Position numbers and translations under genes: made by a program | The notes under the pieces: model-generated | What the model was told of the DNA's origin: nothing | The model's input: only the letters and a program-made list of their open reading frames with translations | Database searches by the model: none | Shown here: positions 30,750 to 44,947 of the stretch, piece after piece | Numbering within the stretch: position 1 is the stretch's first letter | Layout: every line of letters starts with the position of its first letter | Assembly: GCF_009914755.1 (NCBI RefSeq) | Contig: NC_060942.1 | Length of the DNA stretch: 64,000 nucleotides | Source of the DNA: the human T2T-CHM13v2.0 reference genome, Homo sapiens | Strand: one strand, 5' to 3'

Positions 30750-31990
30750 AATTCATTCATGTATTTAAAAATATATGTTGTGTCCTTTTCTAAGGTCTAG
30801 GGATCAGAAATTAATAAAACAGACAAAAATCCCTGACCTCATTGACCATGTACTTTAATATGGCTATGAAGGCAAAACATACATACCTAATATGTTAGAT
30901 GGTGATGAGTGTTACAGAGAAAAATAAAGCAAAGAGAGAAGGTAGGGAGTGTTGTGGGAAGGGGTAGCTGCACATAGTTTTAAGCAGTATAGTCAGGGAA
31001 GAGCTAACTGCTACACTGACATTTGAGCAGAGGTCTGATGAACGTGAGAGAACAAGCTTTGTGAATGAGGGGTGTTCCAAGAAGAAATAGCTTGTGCGCA
31101 GTGAAGGCACAGATGAGGAATCTCAGTAGCAAGTCCTGTATAGCTGGAGCTGAGTGAGAGGGGAAGGGTCATAGGAGATTAGGTGGAGATGGGGGACCAA
31201 ATTGTGTGGAAACTTGTAGATGCTTTTGATGATTTTGGATTTTATTTTGCATGAAAAGGGAACCTATTAGATTATTTTGAGCAGAGGAGTGAGCTATTTC
31301 CATTCATATTTAACAAAGGCATTCTGGTTGTTAGATTGTGAATAAATAGATGGAAGGGGGGTAAGGGCAGAAGCAGGGAGATTAGTCTAGGAGCCTGTAG
31401 TGGTTCACCTGGAAAATCATGATCATGGTGGCCCAGACCAAGGAGCAATGGAGGGTGTGAGAAAAGGTTGGACACTATGTATATTTAGAGGGCGAAGTTG
31501 TGAGGATGGGTTGACAGATTAGATGTGGTCTGTGCAAGAGTGAAAGGAGCTAAAGATGACTCCAAAAGCTGTTGTCAGAGCACATGCAAGGTTGGAATTG
31601 CTGTTATGTAAATAAGGAGGAAACTTTAGGAGAATCAGATCTTGGGGGAAGCTCAAGAGCTTAGTTTTCAACATATTAAGTTGGCAGTGCCTAATAGACA
31701 TGCAATTGGACATACTGAGTAGACAGTTGAGCATACATGACTGGAAATCAGAGAAGAGGTTTGGGATTAAATGATATATATTGATCATGAGCACATAGAT
31801 GATATTTAAAATGTTACGAAAGTACGTAACTATGATCAGCTTAAGTGTGAATGCAAATAGGAAAAGGAAGAGGCCCCTAAACTGAGACTAGGAGCACCCC
31901 AAAAATAAGAGACAAGGAGGAATAAGGATGAGAAATAAGAAAGGTAGCGTGAATATTGTTTCAAGGAGGAAGGAATGATAAATTCCATAA
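30750..31990 (-). mobile_element. L2a
   Basis: attcattcat 3' end, gacatttgagcagaggtctga, ttttgagcagaggagtga. Confidence 0.85.
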
Positions 31991-32031
31991 TGGTGTCACA
32001 TGTCATTTCCTTCCTCTTTGATCTTTAAAAG

Positions 32032-32516
32032 TTAGAGTGGCTCTATTAAAAATATCTTTTGGGAACTGAGATTATCATCTGAAATATTTTGAATATTTGA
32101 AACCCAAGGCTCCTTAGTCCATAAGCTAGGTCAGGGAGAAAGAGTTTCTATATTTGTAAAAATGTATTGCATTTGAGGGAGCCATGAAACCTGAACACCT
32201 GAGCAACTAAAATATTGGCAATTTCAGATCCTTTTAGTTTTTTCTCCCTTTTCATGGAAGACAGATTTCTACAATATTTACGTGAGGTCAGCTGGATAGA
32301 TCTATATGCCCTCTGCCAGAGAGCTCTGGAAATTACAGTTTGCTGAGCACCTGGGATGTGGAGTTGACAATCTGACAACTATTGAGAAATGACAAGAAGC
32401 CCCGCAATATTAAATGTTTTCCACAGGCACTACCTAAGGGCTGAACATATGTTTCTCTATTGATGAAAACGCATTTGTTTCACCCTTGGATGTAGCCATT
32501 TTTTAAATGTTCATTG
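32032..32516 (+). pseudogene. Pseudo-exon with the end of one RGS-like domain and the start of another
   Basis: YFEYLKPKAP; LFMEDRFLQYL; single frame SPAILNVFHRHYLRAEHMFLY**KRICFTLGCSHF vs FRAFLKSEF...NIEFWLACEDF; donor tg|gtaaga. Confidence 0.65.
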
Positions 32517-32599
32517 GTAAGAACTATAAAGAATGTCAATATTTTCATCAAGAATTGGAATGTGAACCGGGAAAAGATGAGGGAGAAAATATCTCATTT

Positions 32600-33150
32600 T
32601 TTCTAGTATTTTATTATGAAAATGTTTCAGTTAAACATTTAAAATTGAAAGAATTTTCCAGTAGAAACCTGTATAGCCACCACCTAGATTTTAACAATGG
32701 ATTTTTAAGTGTTTTATTACATACTTATACATCCTTCTACACATTCATCAGTTTATCTTGTTTTTTGAAAGCACAAAAAAGTAATATACCTACATCAGTT
32801 TTCTCCCAAATACTTTAGTATGTATATGACTAATTACAGGTCAATATTTGCTTATAGTTTTTCTTTTGATTTATATATGAAATGGACAAATCTGAAATGT
32901 GTATTGACTGAGTTTTGCAACGCTAACCCGTCAAGCTATAGAACATTGCTGTCACATTACCATCATCTGGATAGTTCTCTTGTGCTCTTTTCCACACATC
33001 CTCCACTCCTATTCCAAAAGTAGCCTCTATTCTGATATTTTTTCATCCAAAATAAGTTTAGCCTGTTTTAGAACTTAGTATAAACGGAATCCTGCACTAT
33101 TTTCTCATTCAGGTAAGGCTTCTTTCATTCAATATGCTGTTGAAAAACAT
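32600..33150 (-). mobile_element. Degraded L1ME 3' fragments
   Basis: ttttattatgaaaatgtttc...; gcctgttttagaacttagtataaacggaatc. Confidence 0.55.
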
Positions 33151-33746
33151 CTTATTTGAAGACAGGATAGCTTTCATAAGGAAGCCAAAAGACTGATTAA
33201 TTTAACTCTAAATACCCAGTCAAATAAATGGTTCGAGAAAAGGTGCACAGAAATAGGAAGATATGATTTCTTTTGTCTGTAGATTTCAGAGTAATATTTG
33301 TGTGTGTATTGCTGTAGGTAAAATCATCTTGAAATACAAATATATATTCTATTTAAGAAGAGCAGGTGAGGAAGAAGGCTGATATATATGGACCATCTAA
33401 TGAGCACCAGATATTTAACATGTGCTATTTTATTTAAACTTCATACCCCAAAAGAAATATTATCTCCATTTTACACCTGAGCCATGTACTCCCAATTACA
33501 CTTTGCTGTTTCCCAGAGCTTTCTGCTATTCTGTATTAGGGAAATGAGGACTCCCTGGCTAAGCTGTCATTCTTAGATAGCCTTCCTTGCCTTCTCCTCA
33601 TTGTTTTCCAGTTGCCTCATTTTCTAGAGTTTTGCTCCAGACTAGGTGGTGACAAGCAGTTAATCACTTAAACTGCCATGGGTTGCTGTTCTGTAAATGT
33701 TGTTATCCTACCATTTGCTTCTTATGCTAGATATATTTACTTTGCA

Positions 33747-33823
33747 TAGGTTGGTGCAAAAGTAATTGGGGTTTTACTACTAAAGGTAATAGGAAAACCA
33801 CAGTTACTTTTGCACCAATCTAA
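33747..33823. mobile_element. MADE1 MITE (Hsmar1-derived)
   Basis: Palindromic taggttggtgcaaaagtaattg ... cagttacttttgcaccaatcta. Confidence 0.93.
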
Positions 33824-34692
33824 AAAGCAAGCCTGTGGGAGACAATGTCTTTATCTGAAGAAGAAACTCAATGGTCAGAATTGCAGGTGCTTCTTTAGAT
33901 AGGTGAAAGACATTGAAATAGGCAGGGATTTGTACATTTCTAACAGGTATATTTACTAACCTTATAACACTTTCTAGATTGTTGCTTATGGTTTCTACAT
34001 GTGTGCTTGTTTCCATATCCATTATTAGGAATTCAGGTATTTGAGACCCAGTTCAGGACTGTAAACAAGAGTTCCAGTAACTTCAGACCTACTCAAGTTG
34101 CTTAATTAAAGCCTATGTAGTACCCACATGAACAATATATCCAGGACTTGGTGTTTTTATTCCTTGACTTCCTTAGTTTCTGTAAATTCTTCATTCTACA
34201 TTCCACCTCCCTCACCTGTGGTCATATCCGTGGTCATCACAATAATTCATAACTTCCAGACCTTGATTTCAAGGATCTCACTCACTGACCACCACCTTCC
34301 CCCATTCATCTCTATCTAGTTCCACAAGGCCTTCGAGTTATTGCTCCTAAAACTGTTTTTGTTTTTTTTTTTTTTTCTAGTCATGTTTTACACCCAAGGT
34401 TCATACCTTTTTTCCTTGTCCACTCAGGGTACATAGTCCATACTTACAATCACCCTCCACCCTGCTACACTTGTCTGGAAGAAGCCCAACTTTGGTTAAA
34501 AAAATAAATAAATAAAGGCAGCCATCCACTTACTTCATGCCACTCTTTCCAGCACCCAGAAAATGATCTAGCAATATCTACTAAGGGATCTATACATATT
34601 CGATGAATGAAAATGGATGTATGGTTGAATGTATGTAGTATGTAAGGTTTATCTTGAATCTAATTTTCTCCAGGATATCAAGAACTACTTGG

Positions 34693-35087
<395 letters not shown>

Positions 35088-35099
35088 CTACAGAGGTTA

Positions 35100-35450
35100 C
35101 CACCAACGGCTCAGAGGTGCAACACATTGGAAGCTTCTAGATACCACCTCTTGGCAGTTGGCAGTTGCCCAGCATCCCAGGGGGCTCCTCTCAGCAGTTT
35201 ATCTCACTTCTATTGGTAGTAGTTTCTTGGAATATCCTGTGCTGATAATGGTGACAGCTCCAAGAAATTCCTAGTAAAAAACATATGGTGATCCCGGTGT
35301 CCATCCAGGATTGCTTCTGTCCTCATAAAGCTTCTGGCTACATTAAATCAGCACAGTTCAGTGTCTCACAAAGGCAGCTCCAGCTTTTTCAAAGGCGGGC
35401 TATTTTTAAATATTTGCCTTTCACGAAAATTATTTAATTTCCCCAAAGTG
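35100..35450 (+). pseudogene. Pseudo-exon with an RGS-like domain
   Basis: VAQHPRGLLSAVYLTSIGSSFLEY (ORF 35074), then KKFLVK/VIPVSIQD and AQFSVSQRQL in shifted frames. Confidence 0.55.
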
Positions 35451-35835
35451 CTATAGATTAAGCAATGAGTCTAGGAGCACAACAAATGCCACATTCCTTA
35501 TGAGTCTTCTGTCCAATTTTGGTGCAGGGTGATCTCTTGTTCTCTGAAGGAGCTCTTTACAGAACATGATATATGGAGTCCATCACTGCTTTCTGGCACT
35601 GTCTAAACTTGGGCATCAAGAGAAGAGCTCACTTTTTCCCCACGTGTTTGCTCATGGGGTTCAGGTACTTGAATTTCATCAATAGTCCTAGATATAGCTA
35701 ACTCCCTAAAAAGTTAGAAATGCAATTAGAACTGAATTTGTTAGCTCTGGATTAGTTAAAAACATGTATACAATACATTCAAAATGGTCTATGACATGAG
35801 AGAAGTTTAAATAGTCTTCCCTACTTTGGACTAGA

Positions 35836-36045
35836 TCAGTTTCCCAGTTTTGCCTGATTAAATAATCACCGGAAATACTTGTTAAAAATCAAAACAAAAC
35901 AAAATGCAGGAAGTCCGGGCTCATCCCCTAGAGGTTATAATTCGTTAGCTTTGGTGGTATCTGTTTTGGGGATTCTGGGGGTCAGCCCTAATAGCAATAG
36001 CAATAGAATGATTCAAATGATCAGCCACATTTGAGACGTTCTAGA
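35836..36045. mobile_element. MER5-like hAT MITE
   Basis: cagtttcccagttttgcctgattaaataatcacc...cttgttaaaaat. Confidence 0.5.
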
Positions 36046-36590
36046 TAAGAAAATGGGAATGATGTCATTTTGCTTGCTCCTCTAATGTTCTCATACACTT
36101 ACGCTGTCAGGAGAGCAGAAAAGTCATCCTTTTTTCAGACTTCTTTTTTCTATCTGGAGGCTGAGTGGGCCAAGAAAATTTTAAAAGTGGGCCACCAGAG
36201 AATAAATGATTGTCAAATGGTAAAAGATTGCAGAAACTCAATTTCAACCCTAGATAAATGTGAATTCATTACTTATTCATTAAAGATATTAAGGCTTGCA
36301 TAAATGACTTCAAATCCTATGAATGAAGATAGATAAAGTGCAGTGATCATTGCATAGGATCAATGCTTAATAATGCACACAGTTGTTTAGGGAACATGAA
36401 GGACGTCTCTGATGTGGGAAAGTGTAAAGCCTCAATAGTGTCTCTTTTCTGCTAGTCTACATGAGGCTTTCCCCAGAAATCAAATCTCCTCTCCCTCTCC
36501 TCCACTGCAATGGAAGGTTTAATGCTGATGGTCCAGTTTTAAAAATGAGACTCTGAGATACAGGCATGATTTGCCCAACAGATTTTTCAG

Positions 36591-36934
36591 AGACAAATGA
36601 GATTTTGAATTGTTATCAAGATAGGAAAGGACACAAAAAATTGGGAGATGTTGAGGTTAATGCAAGTCTTGGACACAATCTGTACTTGCTTTAGATAGGA
36701 GTGTTCATGAGTGGTAAAAAGAACAGTAAAAAGAACAACCACCATGCAAAGTGGAGAATCAGGAGGGGTCTGGGCGGAACGCAAACCTCTGCTGGCTCCA
36801 AGATCTTTTCTTTTGTGTTACTTACTGCCTTCTACTTAATAATGTGGCAGAGCATTGGAAGCGCAGTCGCATTCCAGACAGTAATCGTTTGTGTGATTAG
36901 ACTTGGTTTTGTTGTATATATACATAATGCATGA
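36591..36934 (+). pseudogene. Possible pseudo-exon
   Basis: tttttcag acceptor; frame of about 114 codons with a single internal stop; weak motif support. Confidence 0.3.
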
Positions 36935-37017
36935 TAAAATGCATGTAATATATGCATATTTATATACGTATGTTCATGGCATACATGTATGTATGTATGT
37001 ATATACATGTTTATAAA

Positions 37018-37379
37018 TGCTATGGTGTGAATTTTTAAGTCCACCCAAAATTTGCCTGTTGAAACCTAATCCCCAGTTTGATAGTATTAAGAAATGGTGC
37101 CTTCGGGAAGTGAGAAGGTCATGAGGGCTAACAAAAGAAGCCTGAGGCTCTTTTAAAATAAGCCTGAGGGAGCATGTTTGTCACTCTCACTGTGTGAGGA
37201 GGATACAGTAAGAAGGCTTTATCTATGAACCAGGAAACATGTCCTCGCCAGCCACCAAATCTGCCAGCAGTTTGATCTTGAATTTCCCGCTCTCCAGAAA
37301 TAAAAGAAATACATTTCTTTGTTTATAAGCTACTCCATGTATCGTATTTTTTTTCCAGCAGTCTGAATGGATTAAGACA
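37018..37379 (+). mobile_element. MLT1A/MSTD-like MaLR LTR
   Basis: tgctatggtgtgaat...tgttgaaacctaatcccca...attaagaca. Confidence 0.8.
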
Positions 37380-37513
37380 TTGTTTAACATTGTCATAGGG
37401 TCAATGAAAGAAACTTTGAACAAGATTAAAGCCTGTTACTCTGCTTTTATATTTTTCAGTTTTTTTTACATTAAATATGTCCATTATCTGATGCTTTCAA
37501 TCTCTCTCTCTCC

Positions 37514-37793
37514 TTTATTTGTTTGAGATGGAGTCTCACTCTGTCACCCAGGCTGGAATGCAGTGGTGCAATCTCAGCTCAATGCAACCTCTGCCTCCTG
37601 GGTTCAAGCAATCCTCCTGCCTCAGCCTTCTAAGTAACAGGGATTACAAACGTGTGCCACCAAACTCGACTAATTTTTGTATTTTTAATAGAGATGGTGT
37701 TTCACCATGTTGGGCAGGCTGCTCTCAAACTCCTGACCTCAGGTGATCTGCCTGCCTGCTGGTATTAACAGGCATGAGCCACCACCCCAGCCA
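37514..37793 (-). mobile_element. AluSx-like with small deletion
   Basis: Alu dimer; TSD atgc(t/c)ttcaatctctct. Confidence 0.9.
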
Positions 37794-40700
37794 ATGCCTT
37801 CAATCTCTCTACATTCTTTCCTCACTGTAAGGAGTACAAAATTTGAGGCTAAGTATTTTCCCCTTAGAGTAGTATTTTCATTTTCTTTAGAGACAATATC
37901 TTAGCCAAAAGCAGCGAAGCTCTGCAGCCCTTATGCTCAGAGGAGAGAGAGAAAGTTTCTGAGGTAGTATGTTGGTTTTGCTATTGAAAGATAAGGATAA
38001 GCAGAGATTCTACTATAGATTCTATGTCTGACGGAAGTATGGAAAGTTATTTAGAAACAATGAACACTGAGATACATAAGGTAGCCCAGAAACCTGTAAC
38101 AACATGGCAAATTCTTTACTTCACACTTAGATTTTGAATCTGTAAATATTTTCAAACCACAACTTAAGGGCATGTGTGATCGACAGAAAAACGTATAATC
38201 TTTGCTTTCATTAGAGAAGAAAGTTACATAAACTTGGGCTTTTATCAGCTTTCTGCATGTTAAGCAAAGTGAAATATTTATGTCAACTGATTTAGATTTT
38301 TATCTTAACTCTTAGGCACAGTTAGCATGTTGGTGTTTACTGATTAATAAATTAGATACAAGTTAGTTTAAATCAGGAAAATTGCTCACATATTTATATC
38401 ACTTTAAATCCTTCACTACCTCACTGTTTTTAGGCAGTGATGGATTAGAAATAGAATAAATGAAATGAAGACTAGAGAAATAGTTTAAAAATATCCTACT
38501 ACATTGTTATAAATAAAATTGTTATTATATATTAAAATTTTTTGATAGACCTAAGAGCGCTTTCTTTTCTTCAAATGTTAAAGAAAAATCAGGCATTTTG
38601 TGGGTCCCTAAAAGTATCGTGGGCCCTTGGCACTGTGATTCCGGGCCTAATGGGTCAGTTTTCCCTGGAAACTCTTAACAATCCGGCACAGCCACTGTGA
38701 TTTTTTTTTCAGATCTCTTAAACATGGAATGGTATTTCAATAATCAGTTTTGGGGCCTTTTAATGTCTTCTATCCTCCTCAATGGGTGGCAGATTCCACT
38801 CAGCTATGGAGACTTGCCTCAGCCTCAGAAAGTATCTTCTTGGTGAAGGAGAATTAGTCACACCAAGACGTTTCCTTGGCAGTTTGTACATAACTTTCTA
38901 GAATTGAAGGTAAACATTACCTTATCATTGTAAACACTCTTATAATATTGCTTACCATATTTCCCCCTTGTTAAATAGTCTTATTTTTCAAAGAAATTTA
39001 CAGAAAAATTGGGCAAAAGGCAAAGAGATTTTCCATATAGCCCCTTGTCTCACACAAGCACAGCCTTCCTCCACTTCACAATTTTGAACCAGAGTGGTAT
39101 ATTTGTTACAATGGATGAACCTACAGTGACATCATTATTACCCAAAGTCCATAGTAGACATTAGGTTCTAGTCTTAATGTTATATATTCTACGGGTTTGG
39201 GCAAATGTATAATGACATATATCTACCATTACAGTATCGTAAACAGTTTCACTGCCCTAGAAATCCTCTGTGCTCTGCTGTTCCCTCACCCCATAAGCAT
39301 CACTGAGCTTTTCAGTGACTTTATGGTTTTACCTTTTCAAGGATGTCATATAGTTGGAATTATACAGTATGTGGCCTTTTCAGATGGACTTCTTTCACTT
39401 AGTAATATGTGTTTAATGTTCTATGTCTTTTGATGTCCTGATAGCTCATTTCTTTTTAGGGCGGAATGGTTTTTCATTCTCTGGATTCTTTTATCTACAG
39501 AAGAACTCTTGGTTGCTTTCAAATTTTGGCAGCTAAAGCTGCTATGAAGATTTGTGTGCAGGTTTTTCTTTGGACACATTTTCAACCCCTTTAAGTAAAT
39601 ACCAAGGAGTGTGATTGCTGTATGATATGGTAAGAGTATATAAGTTTTGTAAGAAACTACCAGACTGTCTTCCAAAGTAGCTATAGCATTTTGCATTTCC
39701 ACAATAAATGACTTTCTGTTGTTGCACATCCTACCAGCATTTAGTGTTGTCAGTGTTGAGGATTTTGGCCATTCTAATAGCTGTGTAGTTGTATCTCATT
39801 ATTGTTTTGATTTGCATTTCTCTAATGACAAATGATATGGAACATCTTTTCATATGCATGTTTACAATTTGTATATCATCTTTGGTGAGTTTCCTGCTAG
39901 GTCTTTGGCTCATCTTTTAAATTGTGTTGTTTGTTTTCTTATAGTTGAATTTTAAGTGTTCTTTGCATATTTTGGTTACAATTTCTTTATTAGAATTTGT
40001 TTTCGCAAATATTTTCTTCTAGTCTGTGACTTGTCTTTTTTTCTTTTGACATTGCCCTTAGGGGTACAAAAGTTTTGCATTTTAATGAACTCCAGTTTAT
40101 CAATTAATTTTGTAATGAATTATGCCTTTGATGTTGTATCTAAAAAGCTATCACAATATCCAAGGACATCTAGGTTTTCTCCTATGTTATCTTCTAGAGG
40201 TTTTACAGTTATGAGTTTTATATTTAGATCTATGATCCATTTTTACTTAATTTTGGGAAAGGTTGTAAGGTCCATGTCTAGATGATTATTATTATTTGCA
40301 TGTAGATATCCAGTTCTTCCAAAACATTTTGTTGAAAATATTATTTTTGCTTCATTGTATTGCTTTTGCCTCTTTGTCCATGATGAGTAGAATATATTTA
40401 TATAATCTTTGTCTATTTCTTGGCTCTCTGTTCTGTTTCATTGATCTATTTGTCTATTCTTTTGCCAATAGCACACTGTCTTGATTACTATAGTTTAAGG
40501 TAAGTCTTAAAATAAAGTCAAGTGGTAAGAATCCTCAACTTTCTTCTTTTCTGTTAAAGTTGTGTTGGCTTATCTTTTTCAACCACATGTAAACTTTAGA
40601 ATCAGTTTGGCATTATAACAAAAATGATGGGATTACATTAAATCTGTAGTTATAGATAAATTTGGGAAAAGATGACATCTTGATAATATTGAGTCCTGTC

Positions 40701-42192
40701 CATGAACACGAAATATTCTAAGTCTGACAGAAGTGTCACCCATTTATTTAGTCCTTTTTAAATTTATTTCATTAGACTTTGTAGCTTTTCGCGTATAGAT
40801 TTTGTATATATTTTGTTAGATTTATACCTAAATGTTTATTTGGGTGCTAATATAAATGGCATTTTGTTTCTAATTTCAAATGTTCTTTGGTGATATATAG
40901 GAAAGCAATTGAATTTTGCATATTAACCTATTAGTGTTATATCCGAAAACCTTATAATGTTTTTTTCCAGGAGTGTTCTCTTGTTGTTGATGATGATTCT
41001 TTTAGACTTTCTACATAGACAATCATGTTGTCTATGAACAACAGAGTTTTAGTTCCTCCTTCCAAATCTGTATATATTTATTTCATTTTCTTATCTTATT
41101 GCATTAGCTAGGACTTCCAATATAATGTTGAAAAGCACTTATGAGACGGGATGTCCTTGCCTTGTTCATGATCTTGGAGGGAAAGCTTTTCGTTTCTCAC
41201 CATTAAGTATAATGCTAACTCCAGGTTATTTGGTAAAAGTTCTCTAGAGAGTAAGGGAAATTTTCCTTTATTCATAGTTTGACAGAGTTTTTGTCATAAT
41301 GTGTGTTATATTTTGTCAAGTGCTTTTTCTATACCTATTGATATGATCATGTAAATTTTATTTATTGTTGATGTGATAGATTACATTAATTGATTTTTGA
41401 ATGTTGAACTAGCCTTGCAAACCTAGAATAAATGTCTTTTACTCATGTTGCATAATAATCCTTTTTATACATTGTGGAATTTGATTTGCTAATATTTTGA
41501 GTATTTTGGCATGTTTATGAGAAAGATTGGTCTGTAGTTTTTCTTTCTTTTGTGTCTTTATCTGGTTTTCATATTAGGATAATGCTGGCTTCATAAAATG
41601 ACTTAGGGAGTATTTCCTCTGCTTCTGTCTTCTGAAAGATATTGTAGTGAATTGGTATAATTTTTTTCTTTAAACGTTTGGTGGAATTTACCAGTAAGCC
41701 CATCTGAGTTTGCTACTTTCTGCTTTGGAACATTATTCATTATTCATTCACTAACTCTAATAGATGTAGTCTTAGTGAAATTGTCTATCTTCTTGTGTGA
41801 GTTCTGGAAGTTTGTGTCTTTAAATAATTGACTTATTTTACCCAGTTATCCAATTTATGTACTTAGAGTTGTTTATAGTATTATTTTATTAGCCTTTTAC
41901 TATCTATGGGATCTGTAGTGATTTCCCGTCTTCCATTTCTGATACTAATTTGTGTTTCTCTCTTTGTTTTCTTACATGATAGGGGCTTATATATTTCACT
42001 GATCTTTTCAAAGAACTAGCTTTCGATTTTGTTCAATTTTTCATTACTTTTCTGTTTTCAGTTTCATTGATTTCTGCTCTAATTTTATGATTTTTTTTTA
42101 TTCTGCTTACTTTGGATTTAATTTCTCTTCTTTTTCTAGTTTCCTGAAGTGGATGCTTACATGATTGACTTTAGATCTCTGTTCTTTTCTAT

Positions 42193-42925
42193 TTTTTATT
42201 TCATTTTAAGTTCCTGGATACATGTGCAGGACTTGTGCCATGGTGTTTTGCTGCACCTATCACCTAGATTGTAAGTCCCGCATGCATTAGCTATTTATCT
42301 GGATGTTCTCCCTCCCCCTCCCCTGACAACAGGCCCCAGTATGTGTTGTTCCCCTCCCTGTGTCCATGTGTTCTCATTGTTCAGCTCCTGCTTACAAGTG
42401 AGAACATGCAGTGTTTGATTTTCTGTTCCTGTGTTACTTTGCTGAGGATAATGGCTTCCAGCTTCAACCATATCCCTGGAAAGAACATGATCTCATTGTT
42501 TTTTATGGCTGCATAGTATTCCTTGGTGAATATGTACCACATTTTCTTTATGCAGTCTGTCACTGATGGCATTTGGGTTGATTTCATGTCTTTGCTATTG
42601 TGAATAGTGCTGCAATGAACATATATGTGCATCTATGTTTATAATAGAATGATTTATATTCCTTTAGGTAACACTCCTCTATGAAGAGTAATGGGAATGC
42701 TGGGTCAAATGATATTTCTGATTCTAGACCTTTGAGATGTCGCCACACTGTCTTCCACCATGGTTGAACTAATTTACATTTCCACCAACAGTATAAAAAC
42801 CTTCATATTTCTCCACAGCCTCACCAGGATCTGTTGTTTCTTGACTTTTTAGTAATTGCCATACTGACTGGCATGAGATGGTATATCACGGGTTTTGATG
42901 TGCATTTTTCTAATGATCAGTGATG
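42193..42925 (-). mobile_element. L1PA (about PA8-like) 3' fragment
   Basis: ttttaagttcctggatacatgtgcagga...gtccatgtgttctcattgttcagctcc. Confidence 0.85.
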
Positions 42926-43619
42926 TAATACATGCATTAAATGCTACACATTTTTTTAAGCGCAGCTTTCACTACCTTCCACAAATTTTGACAAGCTACA
43001 TTTTCATTTTCAGTTAGTTCAAAATGTAGTTTCTATTTCTTTTGAGATTTCCTCTGAGTCCATGTGTTATTGAGAATTGTATAGTTTAATCTTCAAGTAC
43101 TTTATATATTTTTCACCTATTTTTCTGTTATTGACTAATAGTTTAATTCCATTGTGCTCTGTGATCAAAGATTGTAAAATTTCCAGTCTTTTACATGTTT
43201 AAGATGTGTTTCATGGCCAAAAATATGGTCTCTTTTGGTGTATATTCCATGGGTTTTTGAGAAGAATGTGTATTCTGCTGTTATTGGGTAGTCTACAAAT
43301 GTCAGTTATATACAGTGGATTGATGGTAGTGTTCTGTTGAGCCACGTCCATACTGATTTTCTATCCGTTGGATCTCTCCATTTTTCATAGGGGCGTGTTA
43401 AACCTTCTACAATGTGAATTTATCCATTTCTCCATGAAGTTCTGTCACTTTTTACCTTATGTATTTTGGCATTTCATTATTAGGTACATATATGTTGAAG
43501 ATTGTTATGCCTTCTTGGAGAATTGACTCATTTATCATTATGTGATGCTGCTGTTTATCCCTGATAATTTTCCTTCCCCTGCAGTCTATTCTGTCTGACA
43601 TTAATATACCTAGTCTTCT

Positions 43620-44212
43620 TTTGTTCCCCTCTCCTCTCTCTTTTTCTCTTTCTCTATCTTCCTTTTCTTTCTCCCCTCCCTCCCTTCCTCCCTCCCTTCC
43701 TGTCTCTCTCCTTCCCTCCCTATCTTTTCTTTCTCCTCCCTATCTCTCCTTCTCCTCCCTCTTTCTCCTTCCTCTCTCTTTCTCCTCCCTCCCTTTCTCC
43801 TCCCTCTCTCTCACTCTTTCCTTCTTTCTTCCTTTCCTTTTCTTTTTCTTTCTTTCTCTTTTTTCCTTTCTCTCTCTTTTTCTTTCGTTCTCTCTTTTTT
43901 CTTTTCTTTCTTTCTCTTTCTTTCTCTTTCCCTCCCTCTCTCCCTCCCTCACCCTTTCTTTCTTTTTCTTTTTTCTTTCTTTCTTTCTCTCTTTTTCTTT
44001 CCTTCTTTCTCTTTACTTTCTTTCTTTTTCTTTTCCTTCCTTCCTTTCTTTCTCTTTCTCTCTCTTTTCTTTTCTTCCTTCCTTCCTCCCTGCCTGCCTG
44101 CCTCCCTCCCTCCCTCCATCCCTCCTTCCTTCCTTTCTTTCTTTCTTTCTTTCTTTCCTCTCTTTTTCTTTCTTTCCTCTTTTTTTTTCTTTCCTTTCTC
44201 TCTCTCTTTCTG
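43620..44212. repeat. Polypyrimidine low-complexity tract (TTTC/TTCC/CT), about 590 bp
   Basis: Almost exclusively C and T; abuts an Alu monomer at about 44215-44328. Confidence 0.97.
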
Positions 44213-44680
44213 TCATACTTTGGTGACAGAGTTGCTATGCTGCCAAGTTAGCCTTGAACTCCCAGGCTTAAGCCACCCTCCTCAGCCTCCTGAGTAGCTG
44301 GAACTACATGTGCCACTATGCCCAATCTGCTTTCTTTTGATTAGTGTTAGCATAGTGTTATTTTTCTCCATCCATCACCTTTAATTTATACATGTCTTTA
44401 TATTTATAGACAACATATAGTTGGGTCTTGTTCCTTGACCCACTCTGACAATCAATGTCTTTTAGTTAGTGTTTTTAGACTTTTAACATTTAAAGAGGTT
44501 ATTGATATTGGATTATTATCCATTGTATTTCTTACTGTTTTCTATTTATTCCCTTTGTCCTTTGTTCCTTTGTTCGTTTTCCACTCTTTTTTTTTTTGCC
44601 ATTTTTTGTTTTAAGTGAGCATTTTAAATGACTCCATTTTCTTTTCTTTCTTAGCATATTATTAATCATGTCTTTTTGGC

Positions 44681-44947
44681 TTTTTTTTTTTTTTTTTTTT
44701 ATGGAGTAGCACGGTCTTAGCTCACTGCAACTCCCGCCCCTCAGGTTCAAGTGATTCTCCTGCCTCAGCCTCCAAAGTAGCTGGCACTATAGGCGCCTGC
44801 CCCCAAGCCCAGCTAATTTTTGTATTTTTAGTAGAGATGGGGTTTCATCATATTGGCCAGGCTGGTCTCAAACTCCTGACCTTGTGATCTGCCCACCTCG
44901 GCCTCCCAAAGTGCTGGGATTACAGGCGTGAGCCACCATGCCCGGCC
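44681..44947 (-). mobile_element. AluSg/Sc-like with deletion near its 3' end
   Basis: Poly-T and Alu body; TSD ctttttggc. Confidence 0.9.

Noticed and set aside
43621-44226. 201-aa ORF, the longest in the track
   Set aside because: Artefact of the C/T low-complexity tract, which lacks stop codons
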